Shown here: positions 10,296-20,583 of the stretch, piece after piece | Layout: each line of letters starts with the position of its first letter | Numbering within the stretch: position 1 is the first letter of the stretch | Origin: an uncultured delta proteobacterium | Lineage (GTDB): Bacteria > Myxococcota_A > Polyangia > Fen-1088 | Length of the DNA stretch: 64,000 nt | Direction: 5' to 3' | Assembly: GCA_963796685.1 (NCBI GenBank) | Contig: CAWCMR010000025.1 | Location: forward strand, 800,001-864,000 | The notes under the pieces: model-generated | Seen by the model: the letters and a program-made list of their open reading frames with translations, nothing else | The model's database searches: none | What the model was told of the DNA's origin: nothing | Made by a program: the position numbers and the translations under genes

Positions 10296-11729
10296 ATGAG
10301 CGACATGGACAAGATCGACAAAGCCGGGTCGGCGCCCAAGGCCGGCGGCCGCGGTGCGCGTTTCGGGGCCGCCATGGACGAGGCGGCGGCGGCGTTGAAC
10401 GCAAGCGTGGAGTTCGACAAACGCCTGCTGCGCGACGATGTGCGCGGCAGCCAGGCCCATGCCCGCATGCTGGCGGCCGTGGGGCTGATCTCGGCCGACG
10501 ACGCCAAGCAAATCGTCGCCGGTCTGGATCGCGTGGCGGGCGAATTCGAGCGGGGCGAGCGCACCATGGATCCCGCGCTGGAAGACGTGCACATGAACGT
10601 CGAGAGCCGACTCATCGAGCTCATCGGCGATGCCGGCCGGCGCCTGCACACGGCGCGCAGCCGCAACGACCAGGTGGCCACCGACATGCGCCTCTTCGCC
10701 CTGTCGTCGGCCAGCGCCATCGTGATCGCCATCGACAAGGCGCGCGTGGCCATCTGCCGGCGCGCGCGCGAGCATGCCGCCACGCTCTTGCCCGGCTATA
10801 CCCACCTGCAGCGCGCCCAGGCCATCACGCTTGGCCATCACCTGCTCGCCTACGCGGAAATGCTCAGCCGCGATCGCGGGCGCTTTCTCGATGCCGCCCG
10901 CCGTGCCTCGGAGTGCCCACTCGGCTCGGGCGCGCTCGCGGCCACGTCGCTGCCCATCGATCGCGAGGCGACCAGCGCGGATCTCGGTTTCGCCGCGCCC
11001 ACGCGCAACAGCCTGGACGCGGTTTCGGATCGCGATTTCTGCGCCGAGCTGGCCTTTGCCTGCGCGCTGCTGGGCGTGCACCTATCGCGCCTGGGAGAGG
11101 AATTGGTGCTGTGGTCGACGACGGAATTCGGATTCGTGCGACTGGGTGAAGGGCATTGCTCGGGCAGCTCGCTCATGCCGCAAAAGCGCAACCCCGACAT
11201 CGCCGAGCTGATGCGCGCGAAACCCGGTCGGCTCATCGGCGATCTGGTCGCGCTGCTCACCGTGAGCAAAGGCCTGGCCCTGGCCTACAACAAGGATTTG
11301 CAAGAAACCCAGGAGCCCTTCTACGATGCCATCGAAACCACGCGGCTCGTGCTGGAGGTCCTGCCTCGCCTCATCGCCGGCCTGGAGTTCCAGCCCGAGC
11401 GCATGAGGGAGGCGGCCAGCGATCCGGCCCTTGGCGCGACCGATCTGGCCGAGCACCTGGTTCGCGAGGATGTCCCCTTTCGCAAGGCGCACGAGATTGT
11501 GGGCAAGCTGGTGCGCCACGCGGAGCAGCTCGGGGTTTCCCTGCGCGACGTGCCCGAGCACGAGCTGCCGCAGATCGCGCCCGAGTTGCACGCCGCCTCC
11601 TTGCAGTCGCTCAGCCCGGCGCGAGCCGTGGCCGGCCGGGCCGTCATCGGCGGACCCGCGCCGGCACAGGTCACGCGTCAAGTGCAACGCCTGACCGCCG
11701 AGCTCAAGGGCCTGGGCTACGAAGTGTAG
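10296..11729 (+). CDS. argH: Argininosuccinate lyase
   Basis: EDVHMNVE, LHTARSRNDQVATD, PGYTHLQRAQ, GSSLMPQKRNPD, YNKDLQE. Confidence 0.95.
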   Translation: MSDMDKIDKAGSAPKAGGRGARFGAAMDEAAAALNASVEFDKRLLRDDVRGSQAHARMLAAVGLISADDAKQIVAGLDRVAGEFERGERTMDPALEDVHMNVESRLIELIGDAGRRLHTARSRNDQVATDMRLFALSSASAIVIAIDKARVAICRRAREHAATLLPGYTHLQRAQAITLGHHLLAYAEMLSRDRGRFLDAARRASECPLGSGALAATSLPIDREATSADLGFAAPTRNSLDAVSDRDFCAELAFACALLGVHLSRLGEELVLWSTTEFGFVRLGEGHCSGSSLMPQKRNPDIAELMRAKPGRLIGDLVALLTVSKGLALAYNKDLQETQEPFYDAIETTRLVLEVLPRLIAGLEFQPERMREAASDPALGATDLAEHLVREDVPFRKAHEIVGKLVRHAEQLGVSLRDVPEHELPQIAPELHAASLQSLSPARAVAGRAVIGGPAPAQVTRQVQRLTAELKGLGYEV

Positions 11730-11762
11730 AGGGTGGTTCATCGTGCCGTGGCCGTCGCGACC

Positions 11763-12281
11763 TTACAAAGGCGGCCCCATGGTTGCGACATGGAACTCTT
11801 CGGCTTTAGCCGACTTGTAGAATTCGGCGACCAGCCGCGTTCGGCCTTCATCGTTCAAATGCGACAGCACCTCGCGAAAGGCGGCGTCCTCCACCTCGGT
11901 CCATTCTCTACGGCCTCTGGCACCTTCCAGAATCTGCCGACCACGCTCCGCCGCAATCTCGGACTCCTCGAAGGTGGTGCCGGTCGCTCTCGCAGCCAAG
12001 CCCGCATCATCCCTCTTGCCGGGAGCCAGCAACGCCATGCCGTCCTTCACGGCACGCTCTACCAGGAGCCCGAGCGCCGCTTGATCCAGAGCTTGCGGTA
12101 CGCACCCTCCGCCGGTAGGACGCTCGCTCGCCAGACCCTCGAGGCGCTGATTGAGCTCGGCAAGTTCTGCTTTCCATTCAGCTGTCTCGCCTTTGCCGGT
12201 TGCTCGCCCCAACCAAAAGGCCACCCCGCACAACCCGGCACACAACAAAAGCACAGGTCCTGTGCCCGATGATTGTCTCAA
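11763..12281 (-). CDS. Hypothetical membrane-anchored protein
   Basis: N-terminal hydrophobic helix then coiled segment; follows upstream gene by about 7 bp. Confidence 0.5.
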   Translation of the reverse strand: MRQSSGTGPVLLLCAGLCGVAFWLGRATGKGETAEWKAELAELNQRLEGLASERPTGGGCVPQALDQAALGLLVERAVKDGMALLAPGKRDDAGLAARATGTTFEESEIAAERGRQILEGARGRREWTEVEDAAFREVLSHLNDEGRTRLVAEFYKSAKAEEFHVATMGPPL

Positions 12282-12288
12282 GACTTAC

Positions 12289-14289
12289 TCACAGTGGCTG
12301 TCGGGCGACGATGCCCCAGCACCATTGTCGTCCAAGGCGATCGATCGCGCAGGGGTAGTTTATTCCCGTCCCGATCTGCGTGAACGAGACGCCCGGAGGC
12401 GGCGCCGTCTGGCCGAATTCGCTGCTGCCCCAACAGGTAAGGCTACCGTCGCTTACCCTGAGCGCACAGGCGTAGTTGCCACCCGTGCCCACGGATGAGA
12501 ACGATCCCTCGGGCGGCGTGCTTTGCCCATGGTCGTCGAGCCCCCAGCACACGACGGCGCCGTCGCTCTTCTTGATGGCGCAGGTACTGAACTCGCCCGA
12601 GCTGAGCATGTCCCACGTCTCGCCGGAAGGTGCGCTGCTCTGGCCATATTGGTTGTCGCCGAAACAGGCAATCGTTCCATCCGTCTTGATACCGCAGGTG
12701 TGATTCAGGCCCGCGCTTACCAAGGTGAACAGCGCCCCGGAAGGTACCGCGGTCTGGCCGTACTGGTTGCTGCCGAAGCAGGCAGCCGTTCCATCGCTCC
12801 GGGTGCCGCAGGTGTGCTGGCCGCCCGCGCTGATCGAGGCGAACGGCCCTGCCGGTGGCGAAGCCTGGCCCCGGTCGTTCGCGCCCCAACACGCGATGCT
12901 GCCATCGCCTTGCTGGATGCCGCACGTGTGGCTGCCGCCCACGCCGAGTGCGGCAAACCGGCCGGCAGGCGGCGTGCTCTGGCCATCCCCGTCGGCGCCC
13001 CAGCAGCTGACCGTCCCGTCGCCTGCAAGGACGCAGGCGTGATTGGCTCCCACGCCGACCGAATCGAGGCCACCAGGAACGGGCGGCGAGCTCTGGCCCT
13101 GCAGGTTCTCCCCCCAGCAGACGACCGTTTCTCCAGGAGTAAGGCCACAGGTGTGAATCCCGCCCGCGCTCAACGCGGTGAAGGTCAGCCCTGGCGGTGC
13201 CGAAATCGGAGCCGAGCTTTGTGCGAGCAGGACGGCGGGCCAACAAGTGGCGGTTCCTGCGCTGTCGAGGCCGCAGGTGTGCCCGCCGCCCGAGGTCAGC
13301 GTGGAGAGGACCACACCGGATGCCGGCCAGCTTTGGCTCGTGGCCTTGTCACCCCAGCAGGTTACCGTGCCATCGTTCCGCTCGAGGCCACAAGTGAAAT
13401 AGTTGCCCAAGCTGAGCGAGGCAAAGGCAACCCCCGCAGGTGGCGTGCTCTGGCCGAGGTCGTTGCGTCCCCAACACAAGGCCGTTCCGTCGCTTTGCTT
13501 GATACCGCACGTGTGCCAAGCGCCCGTCGTGATCGACGCGAACGGCACATTCGCAGGTGGCACGCTCTGTTGGTAGTCGTTCTTGCCCCAGCAAACCGCC
13601 GTGGAATCGTCCTGCTTGATACCGCAGGTGTAGCTCTCCCCTGCGCTGACCGAGGCGAACGGCAGATTCGGGAATCCTGTCGACTCGCCATCGCCGTCTT
13701 CTCCCCAGCACGCCAAGGTCGCCCCGCTTTGTTGGATGCCACAGACGTGCGTCGCTCCTGCGCTGATCGACCGAAACACGATCCCGGAGGGTGGGTTGCT
13801 CTGGCCATAGTAGTTGTCACCCCAGCACGCCACCGTTCCATCGGTGCGTATGGCACAAGTATTGAGTGCGCCCGCGCTCAATTGGACGGGGTGACCAAAG
13901 GTCGCCGCGACCGTCTCGTCCGCGTCCATCGCCACCGAACAGGTTCCGGTTCCGCTGCAGGCACCCGACCACCCGGTAAACTTCGAGCCACTCTCGGGAC
14001 GGGCGGTCAGGGTAACCAGGGCATGGCCAGCGAAGCTCGCACGGCATTGGGTTCCGCAGTCGATGCCGGCTGGTTGTGACGTCACGGTGCCCAGGCCGAT
14101 GCCCGTCTTGCTGACCTCGAGGCTGTGAACGTTCGGGCCGCTGTCGGCCGGCGTGAACGTTCCAGCGTCGGCCATGGGCCGCATCGAGGGTGGGACGGTT
14201 TCGCCGAGCGAAGTTCTGAATCCACACGAAGCGGTGAGCATCAGGACCTGCGTCGCCGCAAGCAGTAGTTCGACTCTTGCCAAGTGCAA
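12289..14289 (-). CDS. RCC1/BLIP-II-like repeat lipoprotein with InlB-B-type repeat domain
   Basis: Lipobox TASC, GTVTSQPAGIDCG..F.GWSGAC domain, about 14 repeats of SAGxxHTCGxxxDGxxxCWGxNxxGQSxPP. Confidence 0.85.
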   Translation of the reverse strand: MHLARVELLLAATQVLMLTASCGFRTSLGETVPPSMRPMADAGTFTPADSGPNVHSLEVSKTGIGLGTVTSQPAGIDCGTQCRASFAGHALVTLTARPESGSKFTGWSGACSGTGTCSVAMDADETVAATFGHPVQLSAGALNTCAIRTDGTVACWGDNYYGQSNPPSGIVFRSISAGATHVCGIQQSGATLACWGEDGDGESTGFPNLPFASVSAGESYTCGIKQDDSTAVCWGKNDYQQSVPPANVPFASITTGAWHTCGIKQSDGTALCWGRNDLGQSTPPAGVAFASLSLGNYFTCGLERNDGTVTCWGDKATSQSWPASGVVLSTLTSGGGHTCGLDSAGTATCWPAVLLAQSSAPISAPPGLTFTALSAGGIHTCGLTPGETVVCWGENLQGQSSPPVPGGLDSVGVGANHACVLAGDGTVSCWGADGDGQSTPPAGRFAALGVGGSHTCGIQQGDGSIACWGANDRGQASPPAGPFASISAGGQHTCGTRSDGTAACFGSNQYGQTAVPSGALFTLVSAGLNHTCGIKTDGTIACFGDNQYGQSSAPSGETWDMLSSGEFSTCAIKKSDGAVVCWGLDDHGQSTPPEGSFSSVGTGGNYACALRVSDGSLTCWGSSEFGQTAPPPGVSFTQIGTGINYPCAIDRLGRQWCWGIVARQPL

Positions 14290-14294
14290 TCACC

Positions 14295-15620
14295 TCACGG
14301 GGTTAGCCGCCCAATCTTGTTCCCGGTCGACTCCGCGAACCAGATGTTGTCATCGGGGCCATAGGTGATGCCATAGGGGCCGCTGTTCGGTGTCGGCACG
14401 GTGTACTCGACAGTCGCCCCGGCGGTCGAGCTGCGGCCGATCTTGCTGGCACGCGATTCCGTGAACCAGAGGTTGCCGTCGCGCCCGGCCGCGATACCCA
14501 AGGGACCGCTGTCCGCGGTGGGAATCGGCCATTCGGCGATGGTGCCGGCGATGGTGGCGCGTGCAATCTTGTTTCCGCTTTGTTCCGCGAACCAGAGGTT
14601 GCTGTCCGGTCCCCCTGTGATGGCCATGGGGGCGCTCGTGGCGGTCGGGACGTCATACTCCGTGATGGTTCCTGCGGTGGTCATGCGCGCCAGCTTGTTG
14701 GCGCCGGATTCCGTGAACCAGAGATTCCCATCGGGGCCGGCCGCGATACCTCGGGCCTGGTTGTTCACGGTCGGAACTGTGAATTCCGCGATCGTACCGC
14801 CGGTCGAGATGCGACCGACCTTGCCGGCCGAGTACTCGGTAAACCAAAGGTTGCCGTCGGGCCCAACCGCGATGTCCACCGGCTCGCACGCGCCCTCGGA
14901 TAGCGCGAATTCGGTGATCGTCCCGACCGTCGTGATACGACCGATCTTCCCGATGCCCGATTCGGCGAACCAAAGATTTCCGTCGGGCCCCAAGGTGATG
15001 CCCATGGGTTGGGCAGCGGTGGAAGGGAGGGGAAGCTCGGTGATAACCCCCGAGGGCGTGATGCGGCCGATCTTGCCCCCGCTGTATTCGGTGAACCACA
15101 GGTTGCCATCCGATCCGACCGTGATGCCCACCGGGTAACTGGCCGAGGTCGGAATGGGGAATTCGACAATGCCCTGAGGAGCGCCATCAAGACCTCCGCC
15201 ATCGGGACCGGCATCGAGGCCGGCATCGGGACCCGTGCCGCCCGTGCCGGTGACTCCGCCCGTGCCAGCGCCACCCGTGCTGCGGGTACCTCCGGTGGCG
15301 AAGATTCCCCCACTCCCCGAGGTCCCCCCGGTTGCCACCGAGCCATCGCCGGCATCGTTACCCCCGGAGCCTGAGCTGCCTCCCGTTGCGGGTATGTCTT
15401 CGGCCGCATCCCCGCCGCTCCCCGCGCTGCCGCCACCGCCTGCCAGGACGTCGCCGGGCGCCCCATCGAGAACCGTGGCGCCACCTCCCCCGCCGTAGGC
15501 ATCGAAAGCCTCGATGACCACGGCGTCGAACCTGCTGATCCCGACCAGGGTATGATGCGCATCGCACGCGCAAAATGCGAGCAACGCCGCTGCAAGCAAG
15601 GGAATTCTGAATTGGGCCAT
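14295..15620 (-). CDS. Virginiamycin B lyase (Vgb)-like beta-propeller lipoprotein with Gly-rich linker
   Basis: Seven repeats of PxGIxxGPDGNLWFTExxxxKIGRIT; signal peptide with Cys; GTGG linker. Confidence 0.85.
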   Translation of the reverse strand: MAQFRIPLLAAALLAFCACDAHHTLVGISRFDAVVIEAFDAYGGGGGATVLDGAPGDVLAGGGGSAGSGGDAAEDIPATGGSSGSGGNDAGDGSVATGGTSGSGGIFATGGTRSTGGAGTGGVTGTGGTGPDAGLDAGPDGGGLDGAPQGIVEFPIPTSASYPVGITVGSDGNLWFTEYSGGKIGRITPSGVITELPLPSTAAQPMGITLGPDGNLWFAESGIGKIGRITTVGTITEFALSEGACEPVDIAVGPDGNLWFTEYSAGKVGRISTGGTIAEFTVPTVNNQARGIAAGPDGNLWFTESGANKLARMTTAGTITEYDVPTATSAPMAITGGPDSNLWFAEQSGNKIARATIAGTIAEWPIPTADSGPLGIAAGRDGNLWFTESRASKIGRSSTAGATVEYTVPTPNSGPYGITYGPDDNIWFAESTGNKIGRLTP

Positions 15621-15641
15621 GACGGACTCCTTGGGCTGCTC

Positions 15642-16664
15642 TTAGTGGGCCCGCAGCCCGCCAACCTGCCCGTCTTTTGCACTTTCCACGGTTTCGAGCC
15701 AACGCCGAGCCCACGCGGCGTGCGTTCCATTGGGAAATCGTTCGAGATAGCTCTGCAGATCCCGACTCGCCTCGACTCGCTCCCCCAGCTTGATCTTGCA
15801 CGCGCCTCGGCCGTAAAGCGCTCGTTCCAGCAGGGCCGCATCCGAGCCTCGGGTCAGGACCGCCGTAAAATCCTGCTCGGCGCTCCCGCAATCGGTACGA
15901 GACCGAAGCTCGCCCCGGATGACCTGCAGCTCGGTCGAGCGATGATGCGCGTCCAAGGGCAGGGCCTCGAGCGCGGCCAGGGCATCGCCCGTGCGGTCGA
16001 GCGAGAGCAGGGCATCCACGCGCGCGAAACGAGCCTCGCGGCCAAGCTCGCTGGCGGGAAAGTGCTCGATCCAGGCGTCGAGCGCCAGCAGGGCGGCGGC
16101 CGGATCGTGCTTCAGGCGCAAGAGCCCAAGTGCCCGATCGAGCGCAAGGGTCTCCTCCGAGGCGGCGGTTGGTGCCGGAGCGGGACTGCCGCCGACCACG
16201 GGACGACCGGCAAGGCGAGCCAGGCGGCGCGGGCGCTCGCTCACGGAAGCGGCGGCCATTTCCCTCTCGCCCGGTTCCGCGGCCTCATCGGCCGTGGCGT
16301 CGGGTGCAGCGTGTGCATCGATCGAAGCGAGCGAAGCGAGCGCCCCTTGGGCCGGAGGCGGTGCCGGCTCGACCGCCCCCGCAGTCAAGGAATGACCGAA
16401 CCAGCCGGCCGCGCGCGCCGCCTGATAGGCCTTCACCGTAGCTACGCCCACGAGGAGCGTCATCCCGGCAACCGCCAAGCCGAGCCCGAGCGTGGCGTGG
16501 CACCGGTGCCGCCGGTGCGGGTAGCATGCCTGTTCCATCCGCGCCAGCTGAGGCTCGTCCGGCGCGAGCGAGCCACGAATGAACGCGGCGGCCCGATCCT
16601 CGGGACCGTCTCCAGGTCGGCGATCACGCCAACGCAGAATCGACTCGCATGGGTTCTGCTTCAT
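15642..16664 (-). CDS. Membrane-anchored TPR protein, putative anti-sigma factor
   Basis: ATGA overlap with sigma gene, single TM, C-terminal TPR-like helices (HFPASELGREA, YLERFPNG). Confidence 0.65.
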   Translation of the reverse strand: MKQNPCESILRWRDRRPGDGPEDRAAAFIRGSLAPDEPQLARMEQACYPHRRHRCHATLGLGLAVAGMTLLVGVATVKAYQAARAAGWFGHSLTAGAVEPAPPPAQGALASLASIDAHAAPDATADEAAEPGEREMAAASVSERPRRLARLAGRPVVGGSPAPAPTAASEETLALDRALGLLRLKHDPAAALLALDAWIEHFPASELGREARFARVDALLSLDRTGDALAALEALPLDAHHRSTELQVIRGELRSRTDCGSAEQDFTAVLTRGSDAALLERALYGRGACKIKLGERVEASRDLQSYLERFPNGTHAAWARRWLETVESAKDGQVGGLRAH

Positions 16665-17317
16665 GGCCTCTCCTTCGCTTCCCAAGCACGCAGTTGCCGG
16701 ATGAACTTGCGCCTGGCCCGGCTCAGGCGGGTCCACACCGTGCTTACTCGAGTACCCGTGATCTCCGCGATGCGCTCGCCGGAGATGCCTTCCAGCTCGA
16801 ACAAGATGAAGGTGGTGCGATACGCCTCGCCCAGCTCGTCCAAGAGCTGGTACAGAATGCGCGTGCGCTCGCGTGCCTCGAAAAGCACCTGTGGATCGGG
16901 CGGAGACTCGGGCGATGTCCAAAATTCAAGGCGCATCCGCCCGCGGCTCGGATTCTGCCCTCGCCCGGTCACCCAGGACCACCAGCGCGCCTGTTTGCGC
17001 CGGTCCTGTACCACGCGCACGGTGATCTCGTAGAGCCAGGTCGTGATTTCCGCCTCGCCCCGGAATTGGGGCAGCTTGCGCCTCACCACGAGAAATACGT
17101 CCTGGACCACATCCTCGAAATCGCCACCCGGGCCGAGCAGGCGCAGCGCCCAGCGCGCCACGGTCTTGAAGTGCGCCCGATACACGGCCTCGAAGGAAAT
17201 GGTCACCGAGCCCACCTGCGCGCCGGGCAACGATGGCGAGGACACCGCAAGCGGTGCAAGGTGGAGCTCGGAGGCAGCGGGTTCGGGCACAACATCCTGT
17301 CTGTGGCCCGAGCCCAT
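16661..17317 (-). CDS. ECF RNA polymerase sigma factor
   Basis: Region 2 (FEAVYRAH, EDVVQDVFL, TWLYEIT) and region 4 (FILFELEG.SGERIAEITG..VSTVWTRLSRAR). Confidence 0.9.
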   Translation of the reverse strand: MGSGHRQDVVPEPAASELHLAPLAVSSPSLPGAQVGSVTISFEAVYRAHFKTVARWALRLLGPGGDFEDVVQDVFLVVRRKLPQFRGEAEITTWLYEITVRVVQDRRKQARWWSWVTGRGQNPSRGRMRLEFWTSPESPPDPQVLFEARERTRILYQLLDELGEAYRTTFILFELEGISGERIAEITGTRVSTVWTRLSRARRKFIRQLRAWEAKERP

Positions 17318-17324
17318 GGCAACC

Positions 17325-18225
17325 TTACCGGGCGGCCTGGATTCGGCCCCATGCCAAGCCGATGCTGGCGAGCCCTTCCAGCCGTTGGATCTCTTGCTCG
17401 CGCGTCGCGGGCGAGCCGTACACGACCTCGCTGCGCGTCCAATACAGAGCGCCGAGGTCGAGCCAGGCAGCAAACCGGTCGGTCACCCAGCCGGACAAGC
17501 GAATTCCCGCAGTCACAGCCGGCCAGAAGCTGAGGCTCGACCGGTTCTCGGAAAAGCCCGCCCCTCTGACCGCAAGCCACCCGAGCGCCAGACCGCCGTG
17601 CAGGTCGAGGAGCGCTCGGCCAGGTTGCCAGCGCCAGTCGATTCTCGGGACCGCCGAACCAGCGTCGCCAGCGAGCCTGACCCACGCCGAGGTCGAGGGT
17701 GCGCACGCCCTCGCCCGCCACGAACAGTCGCAGGCCTGGACCCGCGCCGCGCGGGAGCCAAAGAGCGGCGATGGTCCCAGCAACGGCGGGCGTGCCGGCT
17801 TGCGAGACGGCGGCGCCGAGGGCGAGGTCCCAGGAGGCTGCAGGAGGTGGAGCCGCCAGTGGAGGAATGACGATGGGCTCGGCATGGGGCCGCGCGAACT
17901 CGGGATGCACATCGCTCGTCCAGCTCGCGATCACGACGGCCACCAACTCCACCAGCTCGGCGCACGAGCCCGCTCCGTCGAGCACGCGCTCGGCAATGAC
18001 GGCCCCCTTGTCATTGGTCAATTCGATGCGCACCTTCTTGCCCACATGTTCCACCTTCGCCAGGTCTTGCCCGACCGTACCGGGCGACGCCGGCAGGATG
18101 CTTGCCAGCGCCTGCTCCACCTGCGCGCCCGAGGGACAGCTTTCGCTCTCGACCCGTACGGGCAGCGCCGCGAGGAAAAGCGCAAGGGCGAAGCCGGCGG
18201 CAGTCACGCAAAGCTCACTCGGCAA
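17325..18225 (-). CDS. Exported hypothetical protein (possible C-terminal beta-barrel-like region), frameshifted near 17643
   Basis: Signal peptide ORF joins a second frame (IDWRWQPG...GLAWGR) after removing one base. Confidence 0.55.
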
Positions 18226-18535
18226 GCGGTCTCTTCGCAGCTGAGCAAGCGAAGCTCGCCCTCGAAAAGCTCAATCAGCTTCTCGCTGCTCTCGACAACC
18301 GAGCAGATCTCGGGAGGGCTCGCTGCGCACATGGCGCCGATAGGCGGGGGCTAGTGTACAGCATTCGAGGGGATTGTGGTCAGCACGCCCTCCCTGGGCG
18401 ACAGGGCCGGCCGCGGCATCATGAAGGTGGCGAGCTGCAGCACCTGACCGCCGAGCCCGAGGGCCTAGACCACGAGGTTCAGCCGACCGTTCGATGCGCT
18501 TTGATTTCACGGGGCCGAGTGGTATTGGGTCACGC

Positions 18536-20242
18536 ATGACTCTCGCCCAGACACCCAGGTATTGCCGCCACTTGGCCGCAACGCTCGCTTGCCTGGCGGC
18601 CGGCTGCATCGCCCCGGATCGAACGGCGAGAGGGCAAAGCCCGAGCATCGCGGCCTCGTCCCCCGGCGTCGCGCACATCGAGGCCGAAAGCATGAAGCGC
18701 AGCGGGGGCAACTCCTTGTCGCGCCCAGGCTGGAGCGGCGCCATTCTCTACGAGAACAAGGACTCGCTGAAGACGTTCTTCACCTTCGGCGCGGCGGGGC
18801 GCTGGCGCATCGACGTGCGCGGAGCTTCCAGCGACAAGCATCCGGCCGGGGTCACCGTGTTCGTCGACGGTCAAGCGCGTGCATCGGGCTGGTTCCTGTC
18901 CCGCACGCCCCAGGTCCTTCCCCTGGTCGTCGACGTGGACACGGCCGGCACGCACGAGGTGCGCCTGGGCCAGACCACCGACGTGGGCGAGAACGATGCC
19001 TACATCGACTGGATCGAAGTGCAGTGGGCGGGCAGTGCCATGAAGGCCCCGACACGGCCGGCGACCGGAGCCGTGGCTTCGGGACATTGGCGCAACCTCT
19101 TCGTCGAGCGGGGCTATGCCGAAGCGGAGGTATCGCGCAAGATCGAGAATGCCTGGCAAAGCCTGTTTCACGGCGATCCCGACCGCGAGGCGGTGTATTT
19201 CGAAAAGGGACAAAACGCCGACGGACCGCTCGCCTACGTCATGGACGTCGGCAACGGGGACGTCCGCAGCGAGGGCATGTCCTACGGGATGATGATCGCG
19301 GTGCAGCTGAACCACAAACACGAGTTCGATGCGCTGTGGAATTGGGCCCACACCTTCATGGCCCACCCGGATCCCAAGGATCCGGTGCACGGCTACTTCT
19401 CCTGGCAGATGCATCCCGACGGCAAGATCATGGATCCCATGCCGGCGCCCGACGGCGAAGAGTACTTCGTCACGGCGCTGTACTTCGCGGATGCGCGCTG
19501 GGGCAGCGGCAAGGGAATCTACGACTACCACGCCGAGGCCGACCAACTGTTGCGCGCCATGCGCTCACGCGCCGTCATCGGCACGGTGACCTCCGTGTTC
19601 AATGCCGAGCGCAAAGAGGTGCGGTTCACCCCCAACATGCAGGATTTCGCCAGCAACGGGGACCACACCGATCCGTCCTACCATCTGCCGGCTTTCTACG
19701 AGGTGTGGGCGCGCGTGGGGCCACCCTCCGAGGCGGCTTTCTGGCGCGAGGCCGCTTCGACCAGCCGTGACTTCCTCGAGCGCGCGGCGAACCCGAAGAC
19801 GGGCCTGGTGCCGGACTACGCCGAGCTCGACGGTCGGCCCAAGCCGCGCAAGAACGATCCGGGAGGAGCCGATTTTCGTTACGACGCCTGGCGAGCCGCC
19901 ATGAACTGGTCCGTGGACGATGCCTGGTGGGCCGCCGACCCGCGCGCGCGCGCCCGCAGCGACCGGCTGCAGACGTTCTTCGAACAGCAGGGGCTGTGGA
20001 CCTACGTCAACCTCTACCACCTCGACGGCCGGCCGATTGGGAAGGATCATTCGCCGGGGCTCGTCGCGACCAACGCGGTGGCCAGCCTGGCGGCCACGAA
20101 CGTGCGCGCCTGGCGATTCGTCGACGAGCTGTGGAGTGCAAGAGTGCCGCACGGGCTGTGGCGCTACTACGACGGCATGCTGTACATGATGGGCCTTCTG
20201 CACACGAGCGGGCAGTTTCGCCCGTACTTCCCGCACCCTTAA
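18536..20242 (+). CDS. Glycoside hydrolase family 8 (xylanase/Rex-like) with N-terminal carbohydrate-binding module
   Basis: DVRSEGMSYGMM, PAPDGEEYF, TDPSYHLPAFYE, FRYDAWR, RYYDGMLY; N-terminal IEAE...YIDWIEV CBM; lipobox AAGC. Confidence 0.9.
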   Translation: MTLAQTPRYCRHLAATLACLAAGCIAPDRTARGQSPSIAASSPGVAHIEAESMKRSGGNSLSRPGWSGAILYENKDSLKTFFTFGAAGRWRIDVRGASSDKHPAGVTVFVDGQARASGWFLSRTPQVLPLVVDVDTAGTHEVRLGQTTDVGENDAYIDWIEVQWAGSAMKAPTRPATGAVASGHWRNLFVERGYAEAEVSRKIENAWQSLFHGDPDREAVYFEKGQNADGPLAYVMDVGNGDVRSEGMSYGMMIAVQLNHKHEFDALWNWAHTFMAHPDPKDPVHGYFSWQMHPDGKIMDPMPAPDGEEYFVTALYFADARWGSGKGIYDYHAEADQLLRAMRSRAVIGTVTSVFNAERKEVRFTPNMQDFASNGDHTDPSYHLPAFYEVWARVGPPSEAAFWREAASTSRDFLERAANPKTGLVPDYAELDGRPKPRKNDPGGADFRYDAWRAAMNWSVDDAWWAADPRARARSDRLQTFFEQQGLWTYVNLYHLDGRPIGKDHSPGLVATNAVASLAATNVRAWRFVDELWSARVPHGLWRYYDGMLYMMGLLHTSGQFRPYFPHP

Positions 20243-20302
20243 AGTTGGCGCCGGCCGTGCCGATACTGTCTGTGAAGCACGACAACAGGTGGGAGCATTC
20301 CA

Positions 20303-20500
20303 GTGGCCAGACAACGAGACAATTTGGGCGAGCTCGAGTCATTCCAATCGCGACTTGCATCGCTCGCGCAAGAAACCACGGACTATCCGCTCGAATGCTC
20401 CATCGGTAGCTACGAGCTTCTCTTCGAATCGCGCGACGATATCGAGATCGTCCTCGACAATCTCAGCGAGGAGATCTCGATTTCGCGCAAAGCTGCTTGA
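20303..20500 (+). CDS. Small acidic hypothetical protein
   Basis: 65-aa ORF with GGGAG upstream and protein-like composition in an otherwise intergenic gap. Confidence 0.45.
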   Translation: MARQRDNLGELESFQSRLASLAQETTDYPLECSIGSYELLFESRDDIEIVLDNLSEEISISRKAA

Positions 20501-20583
20501 CGCACCGCCGCACCGAGTACCGCTGGCGAACCGTCACCAGGAATGCGCGCGTTCAGGGCTGTGTCGAATGGCGGCCCAGCTCA

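Noticed and set aside
12289-15170. Periodic DNA repeats as a nucleic-acid array or DGR
   Set aside because: Fully explained by RCC1 and Vgb protein repeats with synonymous divergence; no reverse transcriptase in the window.
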